Assembly (NCBI GenBank): GCA_039812885.1 | Contig: JBDIBI010000019.1 | Location: 28,275 to 92,274 of the forward strand | DNA length: 64,000 bases | Direction: 5' to 3' | DNA from: Blastocatellia bacterium | GTDB taxonomy: Bacteria > Acidobacteriota > Blastocatellia > Chloracidobacteriales > JADJPF01 | Part shown: in pieces, positions 1 to 10,675 of the stretch | Layout of the letters: every line of letters starts with the position of its first letter | Numbering within the stretch: the stretch's first letter is position 1 | Position numbers and translations under genes: made by a program | Notes under the pieces: model-generated | What the model saw: only the letters and a program-made list of their open reading frames with translations | Told to the model about the DNA's origin: nothing | Database searches by the model: none

Positions 1-200
1 CTTCCTGTAGTAGATTTACCACAGCCAGATTCTCCAACTAACCCTAAGGTTTCACCTTTTCTAATGTTAAATGAAACACCATCAACTGCTTTTACTGTGC
101 GGGGTTTGCTCCCCATTAGACGATCAATTATTCCACCACCACTTAGGTGGAAGTGAACTTTTAAATTATTTATTTCAAGCAAAGTTTTATCTGTACTCAT
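1..200 (-). CDS. oppF: Oligopeptide ABC transporter ATP-binding subunit (5' part; runs off window start)
   Basis: Not in ORF track. Manual translation from ATG at 200 gives [17 protein letters not shown]...[31 protein letters not shown] (Walker A). Directly follows oppD. Confidence 0.9.
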   Translation of the reverse strand, partial: MSTDKTLLEINNLKVHFHLSGGGIIDRLMGSKPRTVKAVDGVSFNIRKGETLGLVGESGCGKSTTG

Positions 201-218
201 AATTTTACTTATCTAGAT

Positions 219-1181
219 TTAATCATCTAGCCAGCAAGCAGAATAATGTTGTGCATTAATTTGTTTAACAGGTGGAAACTCTTGGCATTTATCCATTACA
301 CGACTACAACGAGGAGAAAAAGGACATCCCTTTGGTAAATTAGATAAATCTGGAGGCATGCCAGGAATTTGAAATAATTTTTCTTGTTCAACTAATGGAT
401 CGGGGACTGATTTTAATAAGCCTTGTGTATAAGGGTGTTTAGGTGTAGAAAACAATTCTGTTGTTGGAGCATATTCAACAACTTTTCCTGCATACATTAC
501 AGCTATATGGTCAGTCATTCCTGCAACTACACCCAAATCATGAGTAATTAAGATAACAGATGTTCCAGTCTTTTCTTTTAGATCTTTAATTAGTTCTAGG
601 ATTTGAGCTTGAATAGTTACGTCTAATGCTGTAGTTGGCTCATCAGCAATTAAAAGTTCAGGCTTACAGGAAAGTGCCATAGCAATCATAACTCTTTGAC
701 GCATCCCACCGGAAAACTGATGTGGATAATCATCTATTCGCCTTGATGCATCAGGGATTCCAACTAAATCAAGCATTTCTATAGCTTTTTTACGTGCTGC
801 TACTTTTGATAACCCTTCATGAAGTTCAGTAATTTCCATTAGTTGTGTTCCAACTGTCATAAATGGATTTAGTGAGGTCATAGGATCTTGAAAAATCATT
901 GCAATACGTTTACCACGTATTTTTCGCATTTCTTTTTCTGAAAGCTTCATTAAATCTTGGTTATTAAAAAGCACTTCACCCCCAACTACTTTACCAGGAG
1001 GGTAAGGAATTAGCCTTAAGATAGATAAATTAGTAACAGATTTGCCAGAGCCAGATTCACCTACAATGCCAAGAGTTTCACCTCTACGCAGATCAAAAGA
1101 AACATTATCAACAGCCTTTACTACATAATCTTCGCTGTAAAAATGAGTTTGCAGATTACGTACAGAAAGCACTATTGACAT
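219..1181 (-). CDS. oppD: Oligopeptide/dipeptide ABC transporter ATP-binding subunit
   Basis: GESGSGKS Walker A, FSGGMRQR signature, [10 protein letters not shown] Walker B, C-terminal HPYT and GCPF..RC..C..C motif. Confidence 0.95.
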   Translation of the reverse strand: MSIVLSVRNLQTHFYSEDYVVKAVDNVSFDLRRGETLGIVGESGSGKSVTNLSILRLIPYPPGKVVGGEVLFNNQDLMKLSEKEMRKIRGKRIAMIFQDPMTSLNPFMTVGTQLMEITELHEGLSKVAARKKAIEMLDLVGIPDASRRIDDYPHQFSGGMRQRVMIAMALSCKPELLIADEPTTALDVTIQAQILELIKDLKEKTGTSVILITHDLGVVAGMTDHIAVMYAGKVVEYAPTTELFSTPKHPYTQGLLKSVPDPLVEQEKLFQIPGMPPDLSNLPKGCPFSPRCSRVMDKCQEFPPVKQINAQHYSACWLDD

Positions 1182-1208
1182 TGTTTGCTCCTTGCTTTGC
1201 TAGTCTTA

Positions 1209-2093
1209 CTAATCTTTTCTTGTTTGTGGATCAAGAGCATCTCTAAGACCATCACCTAGAAAATTTAAGCTAAAAAGTGTAACAGCCATCATTAGCCCAG
1301 GAAAAATAAGCTGCCAAGGGTAAACTGAAATTGCTGCAATTCCTTCATTTACCATAGTTCCCCAACTAGCTAAAGGAGGTTGAACCCCTAGACCAAGAAA
1401 GCTGAGAAAAGCTTCAGAAAGCATTGCATTTGGAATAGTTAAAGTTGTGTAAACAATAACTGGGCCTAAAGTGTTAGGAACAACATGACGAAAAATAATT
1501 GTTGGGGTATCTACTCCAACTGCTCTTGCTGCTTCAACAAATTCCTGGTTTTTTATTGATAAAACTTGGCCTCTAACAATACGTGCCATTGTTAACCAAG
1601 ACACTGCTCCTAACACAAAAAAGAGCATAAAAATACTTTTAGTGAAAAATGCTAATAGAACAATGACTAGGAATAAGTAAGGCAGTGAGTAGATAATATC
1701 AACAATACGCATCATAAGTTCATCAACATAGCCGCCAAAATAGCCAGAAATAGCTCCGTAACTTACTCCTATTACAAAGCTTACAGCCGTGGCTACAAAG
1801 CCAACCATTAAGGAAATTCGCCCACCAATTAATGAACGAACCAAAATATCTCGACCAAGTTGATCTGTTCCAAACCAATGTTGCCAACTAGGGCCTTCAC
1901 TGCTGATATCTAAGTTAATTTGATCATAGGTGTAGGAAGATAGCAAAGGCCCAATTAAGGACGCTATAATCATCAAGCCTAATACAATAGCTCCTAAAAC
2001 GGCTAGCTTGTTTTTTTTCAAACGCCGCCAAGCGTCTTGCCAAAGGCTAGTGCCAGATACTAACTCTTTTTTATCAGTAGTGGTTGCACTCAT
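1209..2093 (-). CDS. oppC: Oligopeptide ABC transporter permease
   Basis: HWFGTDQLGRD, EAA loop (EFVEAARAVG), C-terminal NFLGDGLRDALDP. Confidence 0.93.
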   Translation of the reverse strand: MSATTTDKKELVSGTSLWQDAWRRLKKNKLAVLGAIVLGLMIIASLIGPLLSSYTYDQINLDISSEGPSWQHWFGTDQLGRDILVRSLIGGRISLMVGFVATAVSFVIGVSYGAISGYFGGYVDELMMRIVDIIYSLPYLFLVIVLLAFFTKSIFMLFFVLGAVSWLTMARIVRGQVLSIKNQEFVEAARAVGVDTPTIIFRHVVPNTLGPVIVYTTLTIPNAMLSEAFLSFLGLGVQPPLASWGTMVNEGIAAISVYPWQLIFPGLMMAVTLFSLNFLGDGLRDALDPQTRKD

Positions 2094-2135
2094 AACTATT
2101 TCCTAAAAATCAAATAGCATACTACATACATATTA

Positions 2136-3152
2136 TTACTTGGTAGCAAGTAGTAATGGAAAAGCAGAAGGTATTTTATCTAGTATTTCAAAATTCTTTA
2201 ATCCTGCTTCTTCAGTCCAAGCTTTATATTGAGAGGCAGGGAAGACATCACCTTCACTAGTATGAATTAACATATTTAGCGAAAATAGCAAAGCGCTAAG
2301 AGGTGCAGTAAAATCATCATTAGGTAAAATTTCAGCTATTAGTAGAGTTCCACCTTCTTTTAGTGCTTGAGCTGATTTTTTAATTAATTTACGGGCACGT
2401 CTTTCACCTTCGCTATGACAGATATGGCCTAAAAGGATTAAATCATAGCAGTTTTTTCCAAAAGATGTAGTTGTTAAATCTCCTGCTAAGTATTCATATT
2501 GTTCTTCTACATCTAGCATTTTAGTAAATTCACGAGTGACATTTAATACACCAGGAAAATCTAATGCAGTAACTTTTGCTTCTGGATAAGCTTTGGCAAA
2601 GCCTAAACTCCAAGCTGCTGAACCTGCTGCAACATCTAAAACTGTTTCTATATTAATTTTTCTTTTCTTAAAAATAGCAGCAGCAGCAGAGGAAGTAGCG
2701 AAATTCCCAGGGAAAAGCGCTTTAACTAAGTGGCTAAAAAATTCTTCTCCACCTTTTTGAGTTTCAAATTGGAATGATGATTTGCCAGATTCTATACTTT
2801 GAGGAAGTTTTTGCCAATTATTTATTAATGCTGCTCCATGATAGACCATATCTCCTAAGTAACTAGGGCGTTCTCTAACTAAAAAAGCATCTGCTTCTGG
2901 TTGTAAATTATAGGTTTTCCCGTCTTTTGTAAGCAAATTTAGCCCAACCATAACATTCAACAAACGTTCCATTGCATTAGCAGAACATTTTGTTGCTCTT
3001 GCTAGTTCACGTGCAGAAGTTTTTCCGTTAGCAATATGAGAAAAAACATTATAATGAACAGCAGTACTTAGAGAGATAGTTTCTGCTCCTGCCCACATAA
3101 TGCGCATAATGTTTTCTGGGGTAACACCCTTTTGGCGTTGTTTTGTTGTCAT
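2136..3152 (-). CDS. O-methyltransferase (dimerization domain + Methyltransf_2; ASMT/CrtF-like)
   Basis: N-terminal wHTH dimerization region, VLDVAAGSAAW SAM motif, YDLILLGHICH. Confidence 0.85.
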   Translation of the reverse strand: MTTKQRQKGVTPENIMRIMWAGAETISLSTAVHYNVFSHIANGKTSARELARATKCSANAMERLLNVMVGLNLLTKDGKTYNLQPEADAFLVRERPSYLGDMVYHGAALINNWQKLPQSIESGKSSFQFETQKGGEEFFSHLVKALFPGNFATSSAAAAIFKKRKINIETVLDVAAGSAAWSLGFAKAYPEAKVTALDFPGVLNVTREFTKMLDVEEQYEYLAGDLTTTSFGKNCYDLILLGHICHSEGERRARKLIKKSAQALKEGGTLLIAEILPNDDFTAPLSALLFSLNMLIHTSEGDVFPASQYKAWTEEAGLKNFEILDKIPSAFPLLLATK

Positions 3153-3177
3153 ATTTTTTCCTCACTAGGGTTAAGTT

Positions 3178-4527
3178 TTATTCTAAGTCTCTGATGCAAA
3201 TCATTTCACCTTCTGCTAGTTGTACACGAACCTTATCTCCGGGAGCAACCTGTGTTGGGCGTTTTACTAGCTTATTATCTTGTGTCCAAACTAATGCATA
3301 TCCACGAGATAAAACTGCAAGAGGGCTTAATGCCTCTAGTTTACCTACAGTTGAATGAAATTTATCTGTTAACCTTTGTAAGTTTTTACTTAAGGTATTT
3401 TGCATTTGCAATTCTAGCTTTTGGACTCTATTTCGTCCTTCTAAAACAGTACTTCTTAATTCTCTTGTAGCTAGTCGTAAAGATAAACTACTGACTTGTT
3501 CTTGATGTTGAGTTAATTGCGCTTGAAAGCTAGACTCTAGTCTATGTGTAAGATTTGTAAGCTTTTGTTGATGATTTGTTATTGTTTTAGGTAAATTATC
3601 TAGTGCTGGTTTAGCTAATAAATTAATTAGTTTGTTATGATGACTAAGTAAAAAATATTCAAAACAACGAGTTAAAGTTTCTTTATAACTTTCTACTAAA
3701 CCTATTAATTCATCTTGTCTAGCTGCTACAATTTCTGCTGCTGCTGATGGAGTAGGCGCACGGTGATCAGCTACAAAGTCTGCAATTGTAAAATCAATTT
3801 CATGCCCAACGGCAGAAATCACCGGAATACGTGAAGCAAAAATTGCTCTAGCTACAAGTTCTTCATTAAAAGGCCATAAATCTTCAATTGATCCACCACC
3901 TCGCCCAACAATTAAAACATCTATATCTTCACGGTTGTTAAGATAAGCAATTCCTTCAGCAATTTCTTCAGCAGCTCCTTGACCTTGTACACGTGCTGAG
4001 TAAATGACTACATTAATTGATTTATTACGCCGGTGAAGTATTTGTAATATGTCTTGGATTGCTGCTCCAGTATGACTAGTTACAATACCAACACATATAG
4101 GAAATTTAGGTAAAGGCTTTTTATGAATTGGATCAAAAAGCCCTTCGGCAAAAAGGCGAGCTTGTAAAAGTTCAAAAGCTTTTTGTAGATCTCCTTTGCC
4201 AATAGGCTCAATGCTACTAACAACTAGCTGATAATCTCCTCGACTTTCATAAACAGAGAGTTTTCCACGAAGTCTAGCTTTTAATCCATCAGTAGGGCGG
4301 GGACGAATATAAAGATTTTGATTACGAAAAGCTGCACAACGTAACTGAGCCCCTTCATCCTTCAAGGTAAAGTACCAGTGTCCAGAGCTATGACTTTTGA
4401 AATTAGAGATTTCACCTTGCACTACTACATCATAAAATTGAACTTCCAAAGAATCTTTTATTAAGGCTGTTAGCTCACTAACAGAAATAGTACGAGGTTG
4501 ATTAAGGAGAGTATCTAGTAAAGACAT
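3178..4527 (-). CDS. xseA: Exodeoxyribonuclease VII large subunit
   Basis: GEISNF..HSSGHWYFTLKD OB fold, RGGGSIEDLWPFN, SAVGHEIDFT, APTPSAAAE, LSPLAVLSRGYA. Confidence 0.97.
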   Translation of the reverse strand: MSLLDTLLNQPRTISVSELTALIKDSLEVQFYDVVVQGEISNFKSHSSGHWYFTLKDEGAQLRCAAFRNQNLYIRPRPTDGLKARLRGKLSVYESRGDYQLVVSSIEPIGKGDLQKAFELLQARLFAEGLFDPIHKKPLPKFPICVGIVTSHTGAAIQDILQILHRRNKSINVVIYSARVQGQGAAEEIAEGIAYLNNREDIDVLIVGRGGGSIEDLWPFNEELVARAIFASRIPVISAVGHEIDFTIADFVADHRAPTPSAAAEIVAARQDELIGLVESYKETLTRCFEYFLLSHHNKLINLLAKPALDNLPKTITNHQQKLTNLTHRLESSFQAQLTQHQEQVSSLSLRLATRELRSTVLEGRNRVQKLELQMQNTLSKNLQRLTDKFHSTVGKLEALSPLAVLSRGYALVWTQDNKLVKRPTQVAPGDKVRVQLAEGEMICIRDLE

Positions 4528-4549
4528 TGTTTATTGAAGTTAGTTTAGC

Positions 4550-4846
4550 TTAGCAAGCATTGGATTGTTTAAGAATATCTTTCCAAGGAGTTTGTATTGT
4601 TTGTTGCGAGGACGTAACATTTAGCTCTACTTGGTATTTGCCTTCTTTAATTGTAAGGGCTTGAAAAAGTGCATCTAAGCCGTTAAATGAATCATAGCGA
4701 GCATCTATTATGTTACCATTGTCAAAATATATTTCTGCCTTGTTGTTTCCATTTATGAGTTTGACACAAGCACGGGCGCGCCCAAAACAATGGATCATTA
4801 TTAAATCACTAACAGATAAATCAGGTATTTGCCCTTTAAGCGCCAT
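4550..4846 (-). CDS. DUF4388 (PATAN-like) domain protein
   Basis: MALKGQIPDLSVSDLI...IYFDNGNIIDA..G.DAL pattern typical of DUF4388. Confidence 0.7.
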   Translation of the reverse strand: MALKGQIPDLSVSDLIMIHCFGRARACVKLINGNNKAEIYFDNGNIIDARYDSFNGLDALFQALTIKEGKYQVELNVTSSQQTIQTPWKDILKQSNAC

Positions 4847-5233
4847 AGAGCTTATCTTCCTCTCAATGAATTTTATTGTGAAGAGTTATTGTAAATTACT
4901 CAAATGGAAAAATGTTTTTGTGGAGATAACATAATACAGATATAACCCTACCTGCAAGAGTAAAATCTTACATTTAGCAATTAATATTTTATCCTTTTTT
5001 ATTCTAGTCTTTTAGATTTTTCATAAGAGAATTTGCAGTTATTTTGGTACAAAATAAAGTGAAAAAGATCATTAAGGTAAATGTAAAAAATTTATTAAAA
5101 GTATAAATATTTTAAGTCTCCTGACAAAAATTTAGTTAATTTTTCTAACCTCATGTTATACTGTGCCGCAATAAATTTTATCTTAAACAGGCTTTATTTA
5201 AACACTTTACAAATTACTGGAGGCATTGAGTTT

Positions 5234-5596
5234 ATGAGACTAGGAAAATATGCCATTTTATACGAGCCAACTTTTGAAGTACTAACTAGATCTTCTGAAC
5301 ATGGAGTAATGACTATTGAGCATATTACTGAGTTTGTTGAAACAGATGTAAAACACTTTGCTTGGTTAGAAGAAGCAGTACGTGAAGCTAAAAAATATCT
5401 GGAAAAGAAATCCTATCCAGAAGTTTCAAGTAAACGTTTTTGTGGTATCTGTGGAGTAGCTGCTTTAACTAAAGCAAATGAAGATGCTTGTGCTAATTGT
5501 GATAGCTTGCCAGAAAATGTTCAACGTGGTTTTGTTGCTCTTCGCTCAACTATTATTGAGCAAAATGAGCTTATTGAAGAATTAAAGAAAAAATAA
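5234..5596 (+). CDS. Hypothetical protein with CxxC...CxxC zinc ribbon
   Basis: GGAGG at 5219-5223 favours ATG 5234 over 5153; CGIC and CANC pairs. Confidence 0.7.
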   Translation: MRLGKYAILYEPTFEVLTRSSEHGVMTIEHITEFVETDVKHFAWLEEAVREAKKYLEKKSYPEVSSKRFCGICGVAALTKANEDACANCDSLPENVQRGFVALRSTIIEQNELIEELKKK

Positions 5597-5616
5597 GTAC
5601 AAGAGTATTCTAAAAT

Positions 5617-5634
5617 GGGCAGGCAAACCTGCCC
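5617..5634. terminator. GC-rich hairpin between convergent genes (terminator or solitary REP)
   Basis: GGGCAGG-caaa-CCTGCCC perfect 7-bp stem. Confidence 0.55.
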
Positions 5635-5652
5635 GCTATATTACTTAATTGC

Positions 5653-6477
5653 TTAAAAACCTTTTGCAATAAGATTTTTGCGCTGCAACCAATTATCTTT
5701 TAGATAGTTCCAACTCTTATCAATTATATGTAATGTATAAGCATGTCTAGACTGTTTTGACGTGTTAGCATAGCTCAGATGTGGAACTAACCCATGCAAA
5801 ACTATTAGACTCCCTTTTTTTACTTCCAAAGCAACTAGTTTATCTAAATCCCACTTGCTTTCATCTAAAATCTCAAATTTTGTTTTATCATCTGAAGTTC
5901 TTATAAAACGCGACTTTAAGCCTTCTTTATGCCCCCCAGGAATTGCCCATAAACAACCATTTTCTTTAGTTGCATCTTCTAGCGCAAACCAAAACCCTAT
6001 TACATTACCACCTTCGGTATATATAAAAGTACTATCTTGATGACAATTGACTTCACCTCCAATGTTAGGCTGCTTGAAAATATACATTGATTGGAGTAGT
6101 AAGGGATCTGTTAAACCTAATTCTTTAGATAAGTTAGCTAGTTGCGGAGTTCGTGAAAATTCATTAAAGATTGGATCTAAATCATGTAGAGCATGTCCTA
6201 TTTTGTTGATACAAAGTTCTTTATCTTGAACTAATTGTCCTTTGTCATTAAATGCCTTTTCCTCAAAAAAGAAACTAATTTTCTCGCTAGAATCAAAAAA
6301 ATATTTGTCTGCAACTCTAGTTTGTTCATTAGTTGTAAAAATTGCAGTAGTGTTTTCTAGATCTGAAGATAAAAGCAGATTTGTTGTGTAATTACGCAGC
6401 TTATCGCAAGCAAAATCACTGACAAAGTTTTCTAATATCAAAAAGCCATTTTCTTGGAGTTTGGAAAAATTTGACAT
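5653..6477 (-). CDS. Phytanoyl-CoA dioxygenase (PhyH/PHYHD1-like) Fe(II)/2OG dioxygenase
   Basis: INKIGHALH, QSMYIFKQP, HQD...H facial triad, WFALEDAT.ENGCL. Confidence 0.9.
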   Translation of the reverse strand: MSNFSKLQENGFLILENFVSDFACDKLRNYTTNLLLSSDLENTTAIFTTNEQTRVADKYFFDSSEKISFFFEEKAFNDKGQLVQDKELCINKIGHALHDLDPIFNEFSRTPQLANLSKELGLTDPLLLQSMYIFKQPNIGGEVNCHQDSTFIYTEGGNVIGFWFALEDATKENGCLWAIPGGHKEGLKSRFIRTSDDKTKFEILDESKWDLDKLVALEVKKGSLIVLHGLVPHLSYANTSKQSRHAYTLHIIDKSWNYLKDNWLQRKNLIAKGF

Positions 6478-6499
6478 AAAACAAGTAAATAAATCTTAA

Positions 6500-6916
6500 C
6501 TAAAATTCTTTACCTTCGTTTTCCGATAAATAGGCAACTAGGCGGTTAGTGGCATCCAACGTAGCTTTAGCAATATTATGTGTTGCCTTCTCATCATTAC
6601 TTAAGCAAGTACCTGTTAGCTGTACAGATTTACCATTAGTATTATAATCAATAGTAACTACAAGCAAATTTTTATCAATACTATCATGTTTTATTGGAGC
6701 AGCTTTATCTAAATCTAGATCTATATTTGAAGGTAGTGCTTGTCGTACTGCATTTAAAGTGGCTTGTGCAACAATAACAAACTCATCATTTGTTGAAGTT
6801 AGGTCTGCTGTTCCTACAAGTTGAGTTTCACCATTTTGTAGAGTTACAGTTGCTTGGCACTGTCCATTATTTTCAGAAATTTCTACGGATTGCAAGATAA
6901 GTCTTAGCATATTCAC
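6500..6916 (-). CDS. Hypothetical protein, possibly stand-alone LeuA-regulatory-domain-like fold
   Basis: Internal duplication (G...AQATLNAV / G...AKATLDAT); fold assignment is inference. Confidence 0.55.
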   Translation of the reverse strand: MNMLRLILQSVEISENNGQCQATVTLQNGETQLVGTADLTSTNDEFVIVAQATLNAVRQALPSNIDLDLDKAAPIKHDSIDKNLLVVTIDYNTNGKSVQLTGTCLSNDEKATHNIAKATLDATNRLVAYLSENEGKEF

Positions 6917-7029
6917 CTAGGTTGCATTATTTTTTTACAGGATTCGCTATATTAACATCAAAAGCAAAATAAATATACAAAGATTTAGATCAATGTTAGT
7001 TTGTAAAATTGTAAAAGCACAATATATAA

Positions 7030-9270
7030 CTATAAGAATAATTTGTAGTTAGCAGAACTTATTCCATCAACCACTATAGATATAATATTTTCACCAGGCT
7101 TAAGTTTTAGTTTATTTTGCTTACCTTTAAATAATAATTTTTCATTAACTAACTTGGCTTGGCGATCAATCATAGTTCCATTTACAAACAACTTAGCTTT
7201 TTGAGAAAATCCGCTTCCTTCTATTTCTAAACGAGTATCTAAAACAGAATAACGCGCAAAATCTATAGTTAAATCAGTCCCAATATTTAAGTTAGCATCA
7301 CTTGTATCTGTGACAACTGTATTAGAATCAGTAGTATGTACAACAACGCGGAATCGTGCCTTAGCTGTAGCTTTTGAAACTGTAAAATCAAAATTCCTTG
7401 CAGTTGCAGCTAAATTTGTTGCAATAGCTTTAAATGTTGCACCTTCATCCATAGACAAAAGTATATCTTGACTAGTGGCCTTAACAGCTAAAGTATCTAA
7501 GAGATTCCAACGAACTGTAATTTTTTGATCTTTAGGTAAAAAATCTCCACCATTTGGAAAAATAAGAAATAATTCTCTTTGCTTATCTGGAATAGATCCA
7601 AAACTCATAGCAAACCGGTTGACATTAGGTGTTCCCCAGCCTGTACATAAATCATAGCCAGGAGAAGCTTTATAACCAGGTAATGTTGCAGATGCATTAT
7701 TTCCTTCTATTACATCATTAAAAAAACCTGGCAAAGGACTAGCACTCATTTGTTGTATTTGGCCTAACTGGTAAATACGACTGTTAGCATTGCCTAATCC
7801 ATTTGACTTGGTTGCTTGATTGGTTAAAGCTAAAATTCCTGCCCAAACAGGAGCAGAAGTACTAGTTCCACCAAAAACACGAGTTGAACCATCTTGGAAA
7901 ATAAAAAATCCTGGACTAGAAGGATCCGCTAGTAATGCTACATCAGGCACAGTGCGACCAGTTAAAGAGATTCCTGCCGCAGTTTGATAATCAGGACGAG
8001 GGAAAAATACACTTACTCCGCCGCCGCTACCTCTCCAAGCTTGTTCACCTTGATAAGAAGTAACATTTCCATTGTCATCAGTGGCAACTTTTAAAGATGT
8101 GCCTCCTACAGCAGTAACAAAAGGACTTGCAGCTAATGCATTGACTTGTGCTGTTAAACCATCCCCACAATCATTTGCACCTTGATCCCCAGAAGAAACT
8201 ACTACAGTTTGACCTTGTGCTACAGCTTGTTTATAGAGATTATTAAAAAGTGCTTCAAATTGAGGAAAGAGGAATTTTTCACATTCTCCAAAACTAATGC
8301 TTAATACTTTGGTATCAGGTAGTTTATCTAGAAAATATGCTAAAGATTGATCAATATCATTGTCTTTATCCGCTACAGCTACCTGAACAGTTGCTTTAGG
8401 TGCTGCTGCACCAGAAAGTTGTGTATCTATCAATACTTCCACTAGTTCTATACCACCACGGTCTACAATTTGGCCTCCAGCAGGAATTTTTACAACATCT
8501 ACATTAGGTAGCTTAAAAAAGCTCCGGAAATCACTAATATCAGATATATTAAAATCATTTCTAGCTATAATTCCAATTGCTTGACCATTTCCCTCTATAC
8601 CATTGCTAAATAAAGGTTTAAAGTTATAAATAGTATGTAGGTCTTGTGGGCCAATAGAAAAACGCCCTTTATCCATAGCATTAGGTAAAATAACAGTGTT
8701 TTTTTGATGTTTAATGGTTGGTTGGGTAAAAAGAAAATTATGTAGTTTTACATCTAGTACATCTTGAGCAAGATTAACTGGTAAGTAAGCTTGTTCCAAA
8801 TGTCCATAATAAGTTTGATTTTCCATTTCAAATAGCTGCATTTGAACTTGAAAGACTTTTTCAATTTCTGAACTTGGGGCTATGAAATCTAGCCTTAAGT
8901 GATTAGACCAAGTTTGTGATACTTTAATACCAGATTGCTTTAACCAATTTATTGTATTTTCATAAGTAGAGTTTGACGCTCCAAAGCTTTCTCCAAATTC
9001 TCTTGGAGTTAACCAACGATGATAATTAGGGCTATTTGGATCTTGTTGTTCTGCTAGCAAAGCATCTAGTTTATCTTCATCTCTTAGACGAAAGTATATT
9101 GTGCCGGAAATTTCTTTATTAGCTGAGAGGTGTTCTTTAAGCTGGGCTTTAATAGGGATAAAAGGCTTTCCTGAAATTTGTAAGTTTTTAGTTTCTGCTT
9201 GTCCAGAAAATATATTAAAGATTAAGCTAGCAAAGATTATTGCTGTAAGAATTAGTATTTTCCCTCTCAT
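7030..9270 (-). CDS. Secreted S53 (sedolisin/kumamolisin) peptidase with prodomain and C-terminal Ig-like domains
   Basis: Signal peptide; prodomain DPNSPNYHRWLTP.EF; EVLID, SSGD, GGTSTSAP catalytic motifs; Ca-site GYDLCTGWGTP. Confidence 0.92.
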   Translation of the reverse strand: MRGKILILTAIIFASLIFNIFSGQAETKNLQISGKPFIPIKAQLKEHLSANKEISGTIYFRLRDEDKLDALLAEQQDPNSPNYHRWLTPREFGESFGASNSTYENTINWLKQSGIKVSQTWSNHLRLDFIAPSSEIEKVFQVQMQLFEMENQTYYGHLEQAYLPVNLAQDVLDVKLHNFLFTQPTIKHQKNTVILPNAMDKGRFSIGPQDLHTIYNFKPLFSNGIEGNGQAIGIIARNDFNISDISDFRSFFKLPNVDVVKIPAGGQIVDRGGIELVEVLIDTQLSGAAAPKATVQVAVADKDNDIDQSLAYFLDKLPDTKVLSISFGECEKFLFPQFEALFNNLYKQAVAQGQTVVVSSGDQGANDCGDGLTAQVNALAASPFVTAVGGTSLKVATDDNGNVTSYQGEQAWRGSGGGVSVFFPRPDYQTAAGISLTGRTVPDVALLADPSSPGFFIFQDGSTRVFGGTSTSAPVWAGILALTNQATKSNGLGNANSRIYQLGQIQQMSASPLPGFFNDVIEGNNASATLPGYKASPGYDLCTGWGTPNVNRFAMSFGSIPDKQRELFLIFPNGGDFLPKDQKITVRWNLLDTLAVKATSQDILLSMDEGATFKAIATNLAATARNFDFTVSKATAKARFRVVVHTTDSNTVVTDTSDANLNIGTDLTIDFARYSVLDTRLEIEGSGFSQKAKLFVNGTMIDRQAKLVNEKLLFKGKQNKLKLKPGENIISIVVDGISSANYKLFL

Positions 9271-9401
9271 AAAACTTCCTTTTTTATTTTCAACGAAATA
9301 TATATTTAATTTGCTACTATTTAATTTACAAAACCGTGATAAAATTTACTAATTCTAATCATCTTTTCACTATGTCAACAAGGGGACAATACGAATATTT
9401 T

Positions 9402-10457
9402 ATGGATTCTCCACAATCGAAAACGAAGACTAAAGTAGCTGGAAAAAAAACTTCTTCAGAATCAAGTAGTGATCAAGCAGATATTAAGAAAATTTACGAG
9501 ATTGCCACAGGATTTTGGGCTTCAGGAGCATTGATTGCAGCCATTAAATTGGGAATATTTACAAAGCTAGAAAACAATCCTTCTTCTAGTGATTCCTTAG
9601 CTCGCAAATTAGGCTTAAATAGACGCTGGACTGAAAAATTGCTAACAGCTTGTGCTGCAATGGGAATACTAGAAAAAAGCCAAGATTATTTTAGCAACTC
9701 AGCAACAGCTTCACAGTATTTAGTAGAATATAAGCCACATTACCAAGGAGCTTTTTTACTCCACTTAGGGTCTTTGTGGGAACGCTTTGGCACATTGGCA
9801 AACACTGTTCAAACAGGCTCTCGCAATGATAGTCAAACAACAGAACGTACTGACCAAGAAACTAGCCGAAGTTGGATTCTTAGCTCACATAATGTTGCTA
9901 TGAGTGGTCAGGCAGAAGCCCTAGCAAAGCTTTTAGATCTAGCAAATTACAAACACCTTTGTGATGTAGGTGGTGGGCCAGGCACTTATGCTGCGGTGCT
10001 TTGTCTAAGAAATCCTGAGCTAAAAGCTACTGTTTTGGATGATCCAGAAGTTGTCCCTTATGCTCAAGAAATTATTGAAGCCTCAGGATTAAAAGATCGT
10101 ATAATTGTAAAAGCAGCTCAAGTCCCTTTCCATACTTATGATGAAGAATATGATGTAATGCTAATTTCTGGTGTTTTACATGGCTTTTCAGAAGCAACTT
10201 GTAAGAAAATATTACGTAAAGCTTTTAAAGCATTATCAAGTAATAGCCTTGTAATAATTCAAGAAATGCTCTTAGATGATGAAGAAGCTAAGCCCTTATT
10301 ACCAGCACTATTTAGCTTAAATATGACAATGGGAGAAACCTATACTGCTTCTCAGATTATGTCTTGGCTCTATGATGTGGGTTTTGTAAAAGCAGAAGTA
10401 AAAGAAATTCCTGATGGAACTTGGATGGATCACGTTATTATTGCTAGAAAACCCTAA
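9402..10457 (+). CDS. O-methyltransferase (dimerization domain + Methyltransf_2)
   Basis: CDVGGGPGTY SAM motif; same architecture as 2136..3152; start uncertain (9336/9372/9402). Confidence 0.85.
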   Translation: MDSPQSKTKTKVAGKKTSSESSSDQADIKKIYEIATGFWASGALIAAIKLGIFTKLENNPSSSDSLARKLGLNRRWTEKLLTACAAMGILEKSQDYFSNSATASQYLVEYKPHYQGAFLLHLGSLWERFGTLANTVQTGSRNDSQTTERTDQETSRSWILSSHNVAMSGQAEALAKLLDLANYKHLCDVGGGPGTYAAVLCLRNPELKATVLDDPEVVPYAQEIIEASGLKDRIIVKAAQVPFHTYDEEYDVMLISGVLHGFSEATCKKILRKAFKALSSNSLVIIQEMLLDDEEAKPLLPALFSLNMTMGETYTASQIMSWLYDVGFVKAEVKEIPDGTWMDHVIIARKP

Positions 10458-10474
10458 GCCTTTTATTCAAGAGT

Positions 10475-10585
10475 TTCTGTTCTCAGATTTTAGAGAGCCT
10501 AATTAGTCAGGGTTTTCTGGGTTTTAGATTTTAGAGAGCCTAATTAGTCAGGGTTTTCTGTTTTCAAATTTTAGAAAGCCTACTA
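10475..10585. repeat. ~41-bp tandem repeat, ~2.5 copies
   Basis: AGATTTTAGAGAGCCTAATTAGTCAGGGTTTTCTG at 10485 and 10526; degenerate third start at 10566. Confidence 0.85.
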
Positions 10586-10604
10586 GAAATAACTCAAAAT
10601 AATA

Positions 10605-10675
10605 ATAGTTCGACCCATATTAGCCCGGGGTTTTAGCGAGCTTTAGCGAGCGCAACCCCGGGTTTAGAAGCGCAA
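10605..10675 (-). repeat. REP-like palindromic element, inverted copy of the 82-bp unit at 32.5 kb
   Basis: Reverse complement GCGCTTCTAAACCCGGGGTTGCGCTCGCTAAAGCTCGCTAAAACCCCGGGCTAATATGGGTCGAACTA matches the array unit. Confidence 0.85.

Noticed and set aside
10475-10585. Mini-CRISPR
   Set aside because: Contiguous ~41-bp tandem copies with only ~6 variable nt; no spacers
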